The position numbers were made by a program, and so were the translations under genes. A model generated the notes under the pieces. The model searched no databases, was not told the origin of the DNA, and saw only the letters and a program-made list of their open reading frames with translations. Below are positions 9,427 through 20,112 of a stretch of 64,000 bases of DNA, in pieces; the stretch's first letter is position 1; each line of letters begins with the position of its first letter. Source of the stretch: a bacterium. GTDB lineage: Bacteria; Zhuqueibacterota; Zhuqueibacteria; Residuimicrobiales; Krinioviventaceae. The stretch is from assembly GCA_963674595.2 (NCBI GenBank), contig CAXXFV010000016.1:192001-256000 (forward strand). Reading direction: 5' to 3'.

Positions 9427-12400
9427 TTAACGGTGGGGCAATTCCAGTTTAATCTCGATAAACTCTGCTGATACCTGATATTGTTCCTGCCTGACCATCG
9501 GCAATGCCAGAATAGCTTTTTTATACTCTTCCAACTGTTCCGGTTGGTAATGCTCCCCGGTTTTAAAATCAATAATAAGAATTTGTTTCTTTTGCTGGTC
9601 GATCAGCAAACGGTCTATTCGCAGCTCCCGTCCGGTAGTAGAAAAAATAGTATATTCTGTAAAAACCTGCCACCGGGAAGAAAACAAATCAGAGTTTTGG
9701 TCTATAAAGCTGTTTATTTGATCCAGTAATTGGGTGATTTCCTGAGGAGGTATTAACGTACCATAATAACTGGTGGTTTGGTTTTTAGCCTCCTGTCTTT
9801 CCCGGTCATCCGCATAGGTCAGAAAAGACAGATAATAATGTGCAATATTACCTTTGTCAATGGATTTCTTTTTGAGAAACAGGGACTTGAAATCGACATA
9901 ATTTTCCTGCTCAATTCGCTCAACATCCGTTTTTAAATAACGCTCCCGGTCAGGTTGGAAAAAATCCGGTACGAAATCCAATTTTTTGTCGGATTGATCT
10001 TTTTCCTTATAATCTTGGTCTTTATAGGTGCCGATATAACCAATATGGGTATCATCTTCATTTACCTGCCACACACCAAATTGTGATATATTATTAAAAG
10101 TGACATGTGCCAACAGCCGTTCGGCTGACGGATTGTTCTCGGGCGAAGCTGCTTCAAATAGTTTTTCCAATCCGCCGGATTTTTTATAGGAAAATCCCAG
10201 AAACAGGTTCGTTTTTGCACGTGTTACTGCGACGTAAAAAGTATTTAGAGCTTCTATATATTCACGGTTTTGCTGCATTTCTCCCAGTTCTTTTTCCTCT
10301 GTCCTGTCCAGCAAATAATCATAATTATATGTAAGCAGGTATTTTTCAAACTGCGAATAATCTTTTGCGTATTTTATATAGTGTTCCAGTTTTCCTGTTT
10401 CATTTCCGCCGGTTGAGGACAGGTTTATATAAAGATAAACATTTTCAAATTCCAGACCTTTTGATTTGTGGATGGTCAACAAATTTATGGCGTTTGTTGT
10501 TTCCAAACCGATTTGCTGTAGGTTTTCGTTATCTTTGTTTTTGTCGCAATATTCCAAAAATCCTTTTAAAGAGTGGTCTTTTTCACTGGATGATTTTTCA
10601 AACGTTGAAATGATTTCAAAGAAATAATTAAGATTTTTCAGGTCGTTTTCCTGTGAAAAAATGTGACCCATGTTAAATGTTTCAACGATTTTTTTAATCA
10701 GAATAAAAATTGAGGAACCGGATGCTCCTGCAAGGGCAGAGGTGTATATATCCAACAGCTCGTTGACCTTTTTAACCGCGTTTAAATGTGAAAAAGCAGA
10801 TAAAATATTTGAACGATTTTTTCCATCCGTGTCTCTGGTGTAAAGCAGGATTTGTTTCAGTTCATCGGGATGGAGGAGAACAATATCGGACCGGAGAAAT
10901 TTTAAAAAGTCAATAATGTCATGATATACAAAATAATTCAAAAGGTAAAATATCGGTTTTATGGCACGGTACTCAACGATAGAGTTGGAAGATTCCAGAA
11001 TATAATCAAATCCGGATTCATCAAGAATAAATGCAATGCGCTGCAGGTCGCTGTTTTTTCTCGCCAGGACCACTGTTTCAGCCGGATTAATGGTGTTTGA
11101 GTTTAAAAGCGGAATTAAATCCGAATTGATGAATTCACGAATGGCCTGTTCTTCTGTTGATGGCGTGTCGTTATCCGTTCCTGAGGCTGAAAAATTATGA
11201 AACCGGGTATGTATGTATCCCTGTTTTTTGTCATGCACGGTTTCTATCGGGTCATAGGGCCAGTTTATTTTGTTTTCTTCAAACATCTGATGTAATTGAG
11301 GATTTGAGAAAATATTATTGATAAAAGAGATAATATTGCTGTCACTTCTGTATGAAACGTTTAACACCTCGTGCAGTGCATGTCCCAGAATGTCGGGCAT
11401 ATTCAACAGCAGGTCTCTTTCGCCGCCCCGCCAGCCGTATATGGATTGTTTTTCATCACCCACTAAAATAGCGCCGCCATAGTTTCGAACACCTTCACCA
11501 CTGATTACCTCCTTGATAATCGGCCACAAAATTTTGTATTGAATAATGCTCGTGTCCTGAAATTCATCAATAAGGATAAAACGTATAACGGTGGACAGAT
11601 ATTCATAAAAGGCATTTGAAACGGTATCGTGATCGATGAGGGAAAGGTCCGGATTGTAAAGATATTTAAACGTATAATAAGAAATATCGTTATAGGCGAA
11701 TCGCCGGTCTCGGAATTTTATTTCATCGTAGCGGTCCAATACCAGATCGGCAATTTTTAAAATTTCATTTTCTTCCTTTAGCAGTTCGCTGTAAAAGAGA
11801 TATTGCCCTGCTCCGTTTAATGCATTGTCCATGCCGTTTTTCAGCTCATCCAGCAAATCTTTTTCTGCCTTTTTGCGAAACAGTTTACTGCCGTTCCAAA
11901 ATGTTTCCAGGGTTATCAGGCTTTTATGGTTTTCCAGAATAAAGTTTTCATCTTTAATCTTTTTGAATAGTGTATTACAAAATTCATCGAGTGTGGCAGG
12001 GTCCTGATTGTTGAAAAACAGTTCCTTTGTTTGCTTTTTTAAAAGTTCGCAAATTTCTTTTGCCGGGTGTTCGGTTTGGACATAATTTTTAAATATACCC
12101 AGCACTTTACTATAGTGCGTTTCAAGCGCCATTAATCCGGCGGTTTGCTGCTCCTTTATAAATTCAGTCGTCATTGTTTTTGGCGTCTGTTTTATAAAAT
12201 GAAAAACCCAGCGATTGTATAAAATCGACGAAATCAGTTTTTCATAATCCTGGATTTTTTTTCGTCCCGAACGCAGAAAAAAAGACTCGAAGGATTTCAG
12301 GTTTTCTTCCTTACCGAGGGTTGTCTGGAAAATATCGGCAAACAGGTCCTCATCCTGGGAATTGTCAATTTGATATTCCTGCAATCCCAGATAAGGGGCG

Positions 12401-12780
12401 ATGATTGTTTTGAAAATGGTGTTTGTAAAAGAATCGATGGTGCTTATTTGTACCTTGTTTTTGTTACGCAGCATATCCTGATAAATGCTTTTTAAATAGA
12501 TGAGATCGCTGTCTGTAAATTCCAGATGGAGTATTGATTCCAGGTTTTGTACCAATTCTTTTCCGTCCGGTGTTGACGTGGTAATGTCCAGCAAATGGCG
12601 GAAAATACGTTCTCTAATTTCGGCAGTTGCTTTTTTTGTAAAAGTGATGACCAGAATTTCACTGAAATGAATACCCTGGTCTTTAAATTTTAAAAGCAGT
12701 CCTATAAATTCAAGGGAAAGCCGATATGTTTTACCCGTTCCGGCGCTTGCTCTGATGATTTTATTGATCGTATTTTCCAC
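9427..12780 (-). CDS. addA: AddA/RecB-type UvrD helicase with C-terminal PD-(D/E)XK nuclease
   Basis: ASAGTGKT, TFTKKATAEIRERI, TIDSF, DEFQDTS, VGDEKQSIYGWRGG, TIHKSKGLEF, YVAVTRA; nuclease RIDRL-IIDFKTG-QLEEY; GTG start. Confidence 0.88.
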   Translation of the reverse strand: MENTINKIIRASAGTGKTYRLSLEFIGLLLKFKDQGIHFSEILVITFTKKATAEIRERIFRHLLDITTSTPDGKELVQNLESILHLEFTDSDLIYLKSIYQDMLRNKNKVQISTIDSFTNTIFKTIIAPYLGLQEYQIDNSQDEDLFADIFQTTLGKEENLKSFESFFLRSGRKKIQDYEKLISSILYNRWVFHFIKQTPKTMTTEFIKEQQTAGLMALETHYSKVLGIFKNYVQTEHPAKEICELLKKQTKELFFNNQDPATLDEFCNTLFKKIKDENFILENHKSLITLETFWNGSKLFRKKAEKDLLDELKNGMDNALNGAGQYLFYSELLKEENEILKIADLVLDRYDEIKFRDRRFAYNDISYYTFKYLYNPDLSLIDHDTVSNAFYEYLSTVIRFILIDEFQDTSIIQYKILWPIIKEVISGEGVRNYGGAILVGDEKQSIYGWRGGERDLLLNMPDILGHALHEVLNVSYRSDSNIISFINNIFSNPQLHQMFEENKINWPYDPIETVHDKKQGYIHTRFHNFSASGTDNDTPSTEEQAIREFINSDLIPLLNSNTINPAETVVLARKNSDLQRIAFILDESGFDYILESSNSIVEYRAIKPIFYLLNYFVYHDIIDFLKFLRSDIVLLHPDELKQILLYTRDTDGKNRSNILSAFSHLNAVKKVNELLDIYTSALAGASGSSIFILIKKIVETFNMGHIFSQENDLKNLNYFFEIISTFEKSSSEKDHSLKGFLEYCDKNKDNENLQQIGLETTNAINLLTIHKSKGLEFENVYLYINLSSTGGNETGKLEHYIKYAKDYSQFEKYLLTYNYDYLLDRTEEKELGEMQQNREYIEALNTFYVAVTRAKTNLFLGFSYKKSGGLEKLFEAASPENNPSAERLLAHVTFNNISQFGVWQVNEDDTHIGYIGTYKDQDYKEKDQSDKKLDFVPDFFQPDRERYLKTDVERIEQENYVDFKSLFLKKKSIDKGNIAHYYLSFLTYADDRERQEAKNQTTSYYGTLIPPQEITQLLDQINSFIDQNSDLFSSRWQVFTEYTIFSTTGRELRIDRLLIDQQKKQILIIDFKTGEHYQPEQLEEYKKAILALPMVRQEQYQVSAEFIEIKLELPHR

Positions 12781-15654
12781 TTATGCCTCGGTTTCTGCGT
12801 TGTTTTTGTGCAAGGATAAGAACAAATCTTTTCTCGTAATCTCAGGCCATTCTGTTAATTGACTTTTTTGCGACGGAATAAAAAAGCCGTTATTTGTTAG
12901 CTTTTGCAAAGTGACAAGCGTATCAGCTTTGAACTGGTCGAATATTTGTTGTTTGCTCATGTTCCGTTTTTTAGTGTTTAAAAGTTCTGTCTCTTTTGCG
13001 TCAAATAGCTGGTAGAAAAAAGATTTTACCTGGTCTGTTTTTTCGGGATGTGTCAGCAGAAAATAAAACAATTCATAAAAAACAAGCTGATCACCATCAA
13101 AGCCGCCGGTCTTGTAATCTATAATATAATGCTGCTGTTTTTCGGGAATGTTGATGCGCAGGTCCGCACGGCCCCGTATTTTGATATCCATGACGAGTGC
13201 GTTTTCATCTGCTTTTAAAAAAGCTTTTGCGCTCTGTTCATCCCTTTGGGCATACTCTTTTTCCGGCAAAATCTCCATCGCTGCATTTGCCGGTTTTAAT
13301 CTGTTCATAAATTGAAAAAAGGAAACGATTCCATCGGTGAGAGAGGGGACGAGTATTTTTTCAAAATAGATTTTAGCATGGTTGTGCGGCAGTTTATAAA
13401 AGTAATGTATCTGTTGAATCGTTTTGAAAATTGTTTTACTGATAAAATCCGCTTTAATGGAACCAAAATCATAACCAAATAACGGACCGGCGCATGTTTC
13501 ATCCAAATTGTTCCATACTCTGGTAATAATATCATGGGCCAGATTACCGATCAGTTTGTTTGAAAAATCATTTTCAGCTTTTTTGAGCTTGTCCTGCAAG
13601 CCGCATATATGTTTTATATAAAAGATAAAAGGGTTTTCTTTAAGAGATTTGTATCGATAGTGAGTCAGCAAAAAGTCATTTTGCGGGAAATCGGTTTTTT
13701 TGTCCAACGGTATTTTGTAAAAGGATGGGCTTGTCGTATCTGATATAGTGTTATAGGATGAATCCTGAGATAGAAAACGGTTATAAAATCCTTTGTAATT
13801 CTCCTCCGTTAAAATGTTATAATGGACCCGTTCTTTCGGAAGGATTTGAACCAGTTCTTCCACAAAAGAGCTCGAGTCAATATTTTTATCCATGTTTTTC
13901 AACGTATATAAAGAAACATGTTCCGAGTTTGCAACCAAACGGAAAAAGTAATATTTTTCCCGTAATTTAATGTCATCATAGGTTTTGAGACCGAGGATTT
14001 TTCGCTGTTTTTCTGTAAATAAAAACGGCACCTGACGTGCATAGGGAAGTTTGCCCTCGATGACATTCAAGATAGAAAGATTATTATAGGAGAGGTTGCG
14101 GGTGGCAAACAGGTCTGTTATATTCATTTTCGAACCGGACCCTGCATCAAAATTTACTTTAAGGGTCCGGGATTTCATATATTCAAGAAATAATTTGAGC
14201 AGGCCGACAGCATCTTTATAGATAAAAGCAGGACTGTATGGATTTAAAGCAGCAGACCAATCATTGATTAAATTTAAATTTTCCAGGGATTGAAAATCGG
14301 ATAAAAGATTGTAAAAAACTTCCCGAATATTTGTGTGTTTCTTTTCATGTTCCGTTATTATCGGTTCAATTTCAATATAATCCGGGTTATCAATCCATTC
14401 GATAAAATCGGAAATTCGATGCAAACGGCCGGCTTTTTTGCAAAATTCCAGTATGGATTCGATTGTTGCTTTTTCATCGCTCTGAGCAAGCTGTTTTAAA
14501 AATTCGCCTTCAAGATCAAAGTATTTATAATCGGATTCCACCTGTTTGTATAAAAAGTTAAGGACATTTTCCTGCTGTGTATATTCCCGTCCATCCGGTG
14601 TGTTTGATATGAATTTAAAAAAAGGCACACATAAAATTGATTTAATTAAATTATTAATCGGCAGGAGGTTTTTTCTTCTGTTTGGTTCATAAATGATACT
14701 CTGCAGCAGGTCAAAACAGGTGTTGAAAAACTGGTAAATAGATGTATCCGGGAATTTAAAACCCGGTCGGATATTGAATTTTTCCGGTGATAAAAATGCA
14801 GAGTAGGGGTTGTGGAAAAAATCAATGTCAACAATTTCATCTGTCTGTGTTTTGTCCAGGTTGCCCACAAGAGTATTCATCATTGTAAAATTGTTCGGGC
14901 ATTCATAAATATAAAGATTTTTTAATTCAAGCGGCTCGTGTTTTTGAATTGTAAAATCTTTTATGTTCAGGTTTTCCCTGTCTACATAGTGCGGAGATAA
15001 CTGGTATATAACTGTTATGTTTTTATGCTGCTGATCTAAAAAATGAAGGACCGCTTTTTCAAGGTTTGTATAATAAAATTGATTGACAAAAATAAAATCT
15101 TTAAAAGAATCTATATAAAATGATTCAAGGTTGTTTTTGGTATGTGTAAAAATTTTATCGTTTAGATTATTCTTTTCTAAAAAAGATTTATATCGGCGTT
15201 TCAAGTTTAAAAGATGTTGAAATGTTTCCTGCTGCCAGCCCAATAACTCTGAATCGTTTTTGAGAAAATAGTCAGAGTTGATCTTTTCAGGAACACATTC
15301 CTGATTGAATTCTTCCCACAAGCTGAAAAAGTTTTGTGCGAGTTCGATAAACTGGAAATAGTTGTTAATTTTGAAAAACTTTTTTTCTGTTTCTGAAAGA
15401 CAGGCATAAAGGGCCAGGGTTCGTTTTTCTTCTTTCAGCAATGGTTCTTTGGGTAAAAAAAGCCGGTTTGTAAATTCTTCCATTGTTAAAAACAGGGTTT
15501 TGCTGAATGTCCATGTTTTATGGAACTGTCTGACGGCTTTTAACTTACCGGCTTCAGATGGAAATACAAGTATGGTCGGATTTTTTGTAATCCTGCCAAG
15601 GGCTGTTTCAACCACTGATTCTTTATATGTTAAAAATTGCAGGTTAATTGACAT
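12781..15654 (-). CDS. addB: AddB-like partner: degenerate helicase fold plus PD-(D/E)XK nuclease
   Basis: C-terminal GNLAH, RGRADL, IIDYKTG, QLVFY; its stop directly abuts the addA start. Confidence 0.75.
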   Translation of the reverse strand: MSINLQFLTYKESVVETALGRITKNPTILVFPSEAGKLKAVRQFHKTWTFSKTLFLTMEEFTNRLFLPKEPLLKEEKRTLALYACLSETEKKFFKINNYFQFIELAQNFFSLWEEFNQECVPEKINSDYFLKNDSELLGWQQETFQHLLNLKRRYKSFLEKNNLNDKIFTHTKNNLESFYIDSFKDFIFVNQFYYTNLEKAVLHFLDQQHKNITVIYQLSPHYVDRENLNIKDFTIQKHEPLELKNLYIYECPNNFTMMNTLVGNLDKTQTDEIVDIDFFHNPYSAFLSPEKFNIRPGFKFPDTSIYQFFNTCFDLLQSIIYEPNRRKNLLPINNLIKSILCVPFFKFISNTPDGREYTQQENVLNFLYKQVESDYKYFDLEGEFLKQLAQSDEKATIESILEFCKKAGRLHRISDFIEWIDNPDYIEIEPIITEHEKKHTNIREVFYNLLSDFQSLENLNLINDWSAALNPYSPAFIYKDAVGLLKLFLEYMKSRTLKVNFDAGSGSKMNITDLFATRNLSYNNLSILNVIEGKLPYARQVPFLFTEKQRKILGLKTYDDIKLREKYYFFRLVANSEHVSLYTLKNMDKNIDSSSFVEELVQILPKERVHYNILTEENYKGFYNRFLSQDSSYNTISDTTSPSFYKIPLDKKTDFPQNDFLLTHYRYKSLKENPFIFYIKHICGLQDKLKKAENDFSNKLIGNLAHDIITRVWNNLDETCAGPLFGYDFGSIKADFISKTIFKTIQQIHYFYKLPHNHAKIYFEKILVPSLTDGIVSFFQFMNRLKPANAAMEILPEKEYAQRDEQSAKAFLKADENALVMDIKIRGRADLRINIPEKQQHYIIDYKTGGFDGDQLVFYELFYFLLTHPEKTDQVKSFFYQLFDAKETELLNTKKRNMSKQQIFDQFKADTLVTLQKLTNNGFFIPSQKSQLTEWPEITRKDLFLSLHKNNAETEA

Positions 15655-15956
15655 AAACTGTCCTGGTGAACACGTGATGTTATAAATAAGATGTTTATAT
15701 GTTTAAGAGAAAAGTAAATTATAGGGGGAATAATTTCAAGTAAAATTAATTTAAGTATGTTTTTATTTTGCCGCTTGTGTATAAACGTTATCAAGTTTTT
15801 TAATAACAGTTGTTAATTTTTGTACGCATGAAAAATGACTGTTGTATTCTGGTTCCACGAGTTTTTTGTGTTATTTTGTGACCACTGTTTTTATTGTGTT
15901 TATTTGGTGCTTTTATGGGTTTATTTGCATCTGTTGTTTTGGTTTATTTAAATATT

Positions 15957-15973
15957 AAGGCATAAGGTTTGCT
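15957..15973 (+). promoter_or_regulatory. Putative sigma54 (-24/-12) promoter
   Basis: aaGGCATAAGGTTTGCt: GG(15959-60)-N10-GC(15971-72) with TTGC, about 40 nt upstream of a small ORF. Confidence 0.5.
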
Positions 15974-16013
15974 TTTGTTATGAATAAAGTTTCAATTAGC
16001 AACGGAGTTAGTC

Positions 16014-16097
16014 ATGACAAATAAAGAAAATATAATATGGGCCATGTTTTGGTTCGGAATCATTCTGCTGTCGGTCTATATTATATTGACATTATAG
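16014..16097 (+). CDS. Unannotated 27-aa single-helix membrane peptide MTNKENIIWAMFWFGIILLSVYIILTL
   Basis: GGAG RBS 6 nt before ATG; about 21 consecutive uncharged, mostly hydrophobic residues; lies in an otherwise empty 520-bp intergenic region. Confidence 0.55.
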   Translation: MTNKENIIWAMFWFGIILLSVYIILTL

Positions 16098-16174
16098 CAA
16101 CCTGGAAAAAACACAAAACAGTTATATGAAAATATCGTGCGATTACCTTTTAAATCTGTTGGTTAGAATTTAAA

Positions 16175-17902
16175 TTATTTTTTTCGCCGGGGAACTGCTT
16201 TTCGAATATGCTTTTTACTTTCTTTTGGGTGTTCATTTTTCATAAAAAAAACATTGTGTTGTTTTCGCTTTTTATTGATGTCCCGCTCTACATAATATTT
16301 TTTATTTGTTAAAGGGTCTGTCCCGGTATAATAAATAACGGATGAAAGTGTCATGGGGAGTGGAATAAAAGATTGTACCTGTTCCGGAATGGTGTGGAAT
16401 AATTTGAAAATTTTGTTTTTCATTTCAACCATATCATGCATTGTGCTTCCGGGGTGGTTGGACATCAGGTAGGGAAGGGGATATTGCTTTTTACCCATCC
16501 GGTTTGTGGTGTCATTAAAATTTTGAATAAATTGTTCGAGTTCGATCAGCGGTGTTTTTCTCATGGCTGTGAGAACATTTGGATTGGTGTGCTCGGGTGC
16601 GATTTTTAATTGACCGCTGATAAACGATTTGACGAGTTTTTTGAAATTCGCTTTTGCATTTTGAGATTTAAAAAACAAATCAAACCGAATGCCCGAACCG
16701 ACCGTAACTTTGGAAATTCCTTTTTGGTTTTTTACTTTTTCCAATAGAGTTAACCAGCCGTTATTGTCCAACATCAGGTTTTTGCAGAGATTTGGAAAAG
16801 TACAACTTTCTCTCGGGCACTGCCAGTTAATTTTACATTGAAATCCATACATGTTGGCTGAAGGGCCGCCGATGTCGGTAATGTGCCCCTTAAAATAACC
16901 GGCCTGACTGATTTTTGAAACCTCTTTTAAAACGGATGACTCGCTTCGACTGATGATTCGTTTTCCCTGATGCAGCGATAATGAACAAAAAGAACAACCG
17001 GAAACACAGCCACGGTGTGCTGTAATGGAATTTTTTATCATATCAAATGCAGGAACCGGTTTTTCATAAGAAGGATGAGGCTTTCGCTGAAAAGGAAGAT
17101 CGTATATGTTATCCAGTTCGTTTGTCGTTATAGCAGGCGGTGAATTATGGACCAAATATCGTGTGCCGGATTTTTGTACCAGTGTTTTTTGCTGGTGGCG
17201 AAAGAATTTTCGATAGAATTCCAGAAATGTTTCTTTCGATTCGATGACTTGCTGTTCAGAAGGCAAATCCAAATATGTATTTTTAAGTGAATTTAAATCT
17301 TTGGAAAAAACAACGGTTCCCGGAATAGCTGTTAAAGGTTCCTGGTTTTTTAGCCGTTCGGCGATTGTTGCAATTTGCATTTCTCCCATACCGTAAACAA
17401 GAATATCCGCTCTGGTGTCGGCAAGTATGTTTCTTCGGACTTTGTTACTCCAGTAATCATAATGAGCAACCCGACGCATTGACGCTTCAAGGCCGCCAAT
17501 GACAATGGGGACGTCGTTAAAGGCCTGTTTGATCAGGTTACAGTAAACAATCAGAGCACGGTTCGGGCGATGTCCGGATTTTCCGCCCGGTGCATAGGGA
17601 TCATCGGACCGGGGTTTTTTAAACGCGGTGTATTTGCTTATCATGGATTCGACATTTCCCGACGTCACACCGAAAAAAAGTTTTGGTTTACCCAGGATTT
17701 TTACGGATTCCGGGTTTGTCCAATCCGGCATGGAGATAATACCAACCTTGTACCCCTTGCTTTCCAAAACCCTTCCGATTACCGCTGTTCCAAAGGCCGG
17801 GTGGTCTACATAAGCGTCACCGGTGACGAGGATTATATCCAGTTCGTTCCAGTTTTTTTTCTGCATCTCCCCTGGGCTGGTCGGTAAAAAATTGAAACTC
17901 AT
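16175..17902 (-). CDS. ygiQ: YgiQ/UPF0313-family radical SAM protein
   Basis: DIILVTGDAYVDHPAFG, GGLEASMRRVAHYDYWS, RGCVSGCSFC (CxxxCxxC), DIGGPSANMY, SGQLKIAPEH. Confidence 0.9.
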   Translation of the reverse strand: MSFNFLPTSPGEMQKKNWNELDIILVTGDAYVDHPAFGTAVIGRVLESKGYKVGIISMPDWTNPESVKILGKPKLFFGVTSGNVESMISKYTAFKKPRSDDPYAPGGKSGHRPNRALIVYCNLIKQAFNDVPIVIGGLEASMRRVAHYDYWSNKVRRNILADTRADILVYGMGEMQIATIAERLKNQEPLTAIPGTVVFSKDLNSLKNTYLDLPSEQQVIESKETFLEFYRKFFRHQQKTLVQKSGTRYLVHNSPPAITTNELDNIYDLPFQRKPHPSYEKPVPAFDMIKNSITAHRGCVSGCSFCSLSLHQGKRIISRSESSVLKEVSKISQAGYFKGHITDIGGPSANMYGFQCKINWQCPRESCTFPNLCKNLMLDNNGWLTLLEKVKNQKGISKVTVGSGIRFDLFFKSQNAKANFKKLVKSFISGQLKIAPEHTNPNVLTAMRKTPLIELEQFIQNFNDTTNRMGKKQYPLPYLMSNHPGSTMHDMVEMKNKIFKLFHTIPEQVQSFIPLPMTLSSVIYYTGTDPLTNKKYYVERDINKKRKQHNVFFMKNEHPKESKKHIRKAVPRRKK

Positions 17903-17955
17903 AATATTGTTAATGTGATTTATCGTTGTTTTTTAAATGCTTTGTCAAGGTAAGC

Positions 17956-17990
17956 AAAAATAAAAGCCGATCAAAACAAAAATGATCGGC
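17956..17990 (-). terminator. Intrinsic terminator downstream of trxB
   Basis: GCCGATCA/TGATCGGC stem (17966-73, 17983-90) followed on the minus strand by TTTTATTTTT. Confidence 0.65.
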
Positions 17991-18024
17991 CAATAAAGTT
18001 TAATATAAATATTCGGTTTTTTGT

Positions 18025-18960
18025 CTATTTTCCCGGATAACTTTTTCCTTCCATTGCGGCGACATATTTTTCAGACTCCATACCTGCCTGGCAGCCGCTT
18101 CCGGCGGCAGTAATCGCTTGTCTATAAGTTGAATCCTGAACGTCACCACAGGCAAAAACACCTTCAATATTGGTGCGGGTCCTTCGGTCGGTTATAATAT
18201 AATTACTGTCATCCAGTTTAATCTGGTCCTTGAAAAGATCGATATTGGGGTAATGACCGATAAAAATAAACACGCCGTCAATCGGCAAATTGGATGTTTC
18301 TCCTGATTTTACGTTTTTCAGGTCCAGAGATTCCACAGCATCTTTACCGACAACTTTATCAACAACAGTGTCCCATATAAATTCTATTTTTTCATTTTTC
18401 ATGGCACGTTCCTGCAAAATAACATCGGCCCGTAACCGGTCTCTACGGTGAATAATAGTTACTTTTTTAGCATAGCGTGTTAAAAAGAGTGCTTCATCCA
18501 GTGCACTGTTTCCTCCGCCGACAACGACAACATTTTTGTCGGTAAAGAAAAAGCCGTCACAAGTTGCACAATAGGATACACCCCGCCCGATAAGTTCGGA
18601 TTCACCGGGAACACCCAATCTTCTTGGATTTGATCCGGTAGCAATGATCACGGATTTTGTTTCATGTACTTTATCGGCTGTTATAATCTTTTTAATCTCA
18701 CCGTCAAGTTCGACACCGGTGACAACATCATATAAAAGTTTTGTTCCGAATTTTTGGGCTTGTTTTTCTAAAAGCTGATACATTTCAAACCCGCCCAGTC
18801 CTTCCGGGAAACCGGGGAAATTTTCCAGATCATCTGTCAGTGTAACCTGTCCACCACGTTCCATTCCACTTATAACTAAAGGATTAAGATTGGCACGAGC
18901 CGCGTATATAGCAGCAGTTAATCCTGCCGGTCCTGATCCAATTATAATAACATTTTCCAT
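18025..18960 (-). CDS. trxB: Thioredoxin reductase
   Basis: IIGSGPAGLTAA, CATCD, GGGNSA, HRRD, GDVQD, RQAITAAG; GGAGG RBS places the start at MENVII (18960). Confidence 0.96.
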   Translation of the reverse strand: MENVIIIGSGPAGLTAAIYAARANLNPLVISGMERGGQVTLTDDLENFPGFPEGLGGFEMYQLLEKQAQKFGTKLLYDVVTGVELDGEIKKIITADKVHETKSVIIATGSNPRRLGVPGESELIGRGVSYCATCDGFFFTDKNVVVVGGGNSALDEALFLTRYAKKVTIIHRRDRLRADVILQERAMKNEKIEFIWDTVVDKVVGKDAVESLDLKNVKSGETSNLPIDGVFIFIGHYPNIDLFKDQIKLDDSNYIITDRRTRTNIEGVFACGDVQDSTYRQAITAAGSGCQAGMESEKYVAAMEGKSYPGK

Positions 18961-19050
18961 TTTTTCCTCCAAAACTCCTTGTCTGCAATAATTTTTTATA
19001 ATCAACTAAATGATTAGATTCACGTGCAGCGATTTTTCTTCAAAATATTT

Positions 19051-20025
19051 TCAGGTTGGATTGCCAAAATCTCCGGGAATCAGGTCCTGAATTTGTTCTA
19101 TAACATCCTGCGGCAGTTTTTCATTTTTGGATGCGAGGCAGTTTGCTTCAGCCTGGGCAACGTTTTTTGCTCCCGGAATGGTTGTATGGACCAGGGGTGT
19201 TTGCAATACGTACCGTAAGGCCAGTTCGGGCAAAGTGATCTGTAATTGTTCGGCAATTGGTTTTAACTGTTCAACCTGGGCTATGGCTGTTTTCAATTTT
19301 TCTTCTTTGAGCCAATTTGAGCGATGGTCCGTGTTGTCAAAGGTTGTCGAGGACGTGAATTTGCCGCTTAACAGTCCGGAAGAAAGCGGCACCCTGGCAA
19401 TAATTCCCACATTGTGTTCCTGTGCCAGATTCAGGATTTTTGTTTCAGACTGACGGTCAAGAATGCTGTAATGAAGCTGAATAACATCAACCTGACCGGC
19501 AACAATATACTTTTCAGCTTGTTCCACTTTGTTTACGGAAACACCATAAAATCTGATTTTTCCACTGGTTTTTAATTTTTCCAGCGTTTCAAAGACTTTA
19601 TCGGTTGCCGGATGTTCGGCTGTCGGGCCGTGTAATTGATATATATCGATTGTTTCTTTACGTAATCGGGTCAGGCTGTTTTCACAAGCCTGTTGTATGT
19701 AGGCCGGGTCTAAATTTTTTCGTCCCGGTAAAGGGTCTCTGCGTTCATTACCGACTTTGGTGGCTAAATAGACATTGTCCCAACGATGCTGCATTGTTTT
19801 ACCGATAACATTTTCACTGTGTCCGGCACCATAGGCGTCTGCTGTATCAATCAGGTTGACACCCATGTCCAGGGCTTTTAAAAGGGCCTGGACGCTGTCA
19901 TTGTCATTTACTCCGGCGTAACCTATACCTGAACCGGCAATGTTCCAGCCCCCGCCCATGGCCCAGGCACCAAATCCAATTTCTGATACTTTTAACTTTG
20001 TTTTTCCTAAAATTCTATAATGCAT
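19051..20025 (-). CDS. Aldo/keto reductase
   Basis: SEIGFGAW, DTADAYGAG, LATKVG, SLTRL-IDIYQLH, PLSSGLLSGK, IPGAKN. Confidence 0.92.
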   Translation of the reverse strand: MHYRILGKTKLKVSEIGFGAWAMGGGWNIAGSGIGYAGVNDNDSVQALLKALDMGVNLIDTADAYGAGHSENVIGKTMQHRWDNVYLATKVGNERRDPLPGRKNLDPAYIQQACENSLTRLRKETIDIYQLHGPTAEHPATDKVFETLEKLKTSGKIRFYGVSVNKVEQAEKYIVAGQVDVIQLHYSILDRQSETKILNLAQEHNVGIIARVPLSSGLLSGKFTSSTTFDNTDHRSNWLKEEKLKTAIAQVEQLKPIAEQLQITLPELALRYVLQTPLVHTTIPGAKNVAQAEANCLASKNEKLPQDVIEQIQDLIPGDFGNPT

Positions 20026-20112
20026 GTTTTCCCATTCTATTTTTTTAGTATTGTTTTAAAATAAAAGAAAATTGCCGTTAAAATCAAGTTTGGATTTTTG
20101 AAATAGAAAAAA

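Noticed and set aside
564-15654. Lhr plus helicase/nuclease pair as an anti-phage defence island
   Set aside because: The genes match housekeeping repair families, are interspersed with metabolic genes, and have no mobility or defence markers nearby
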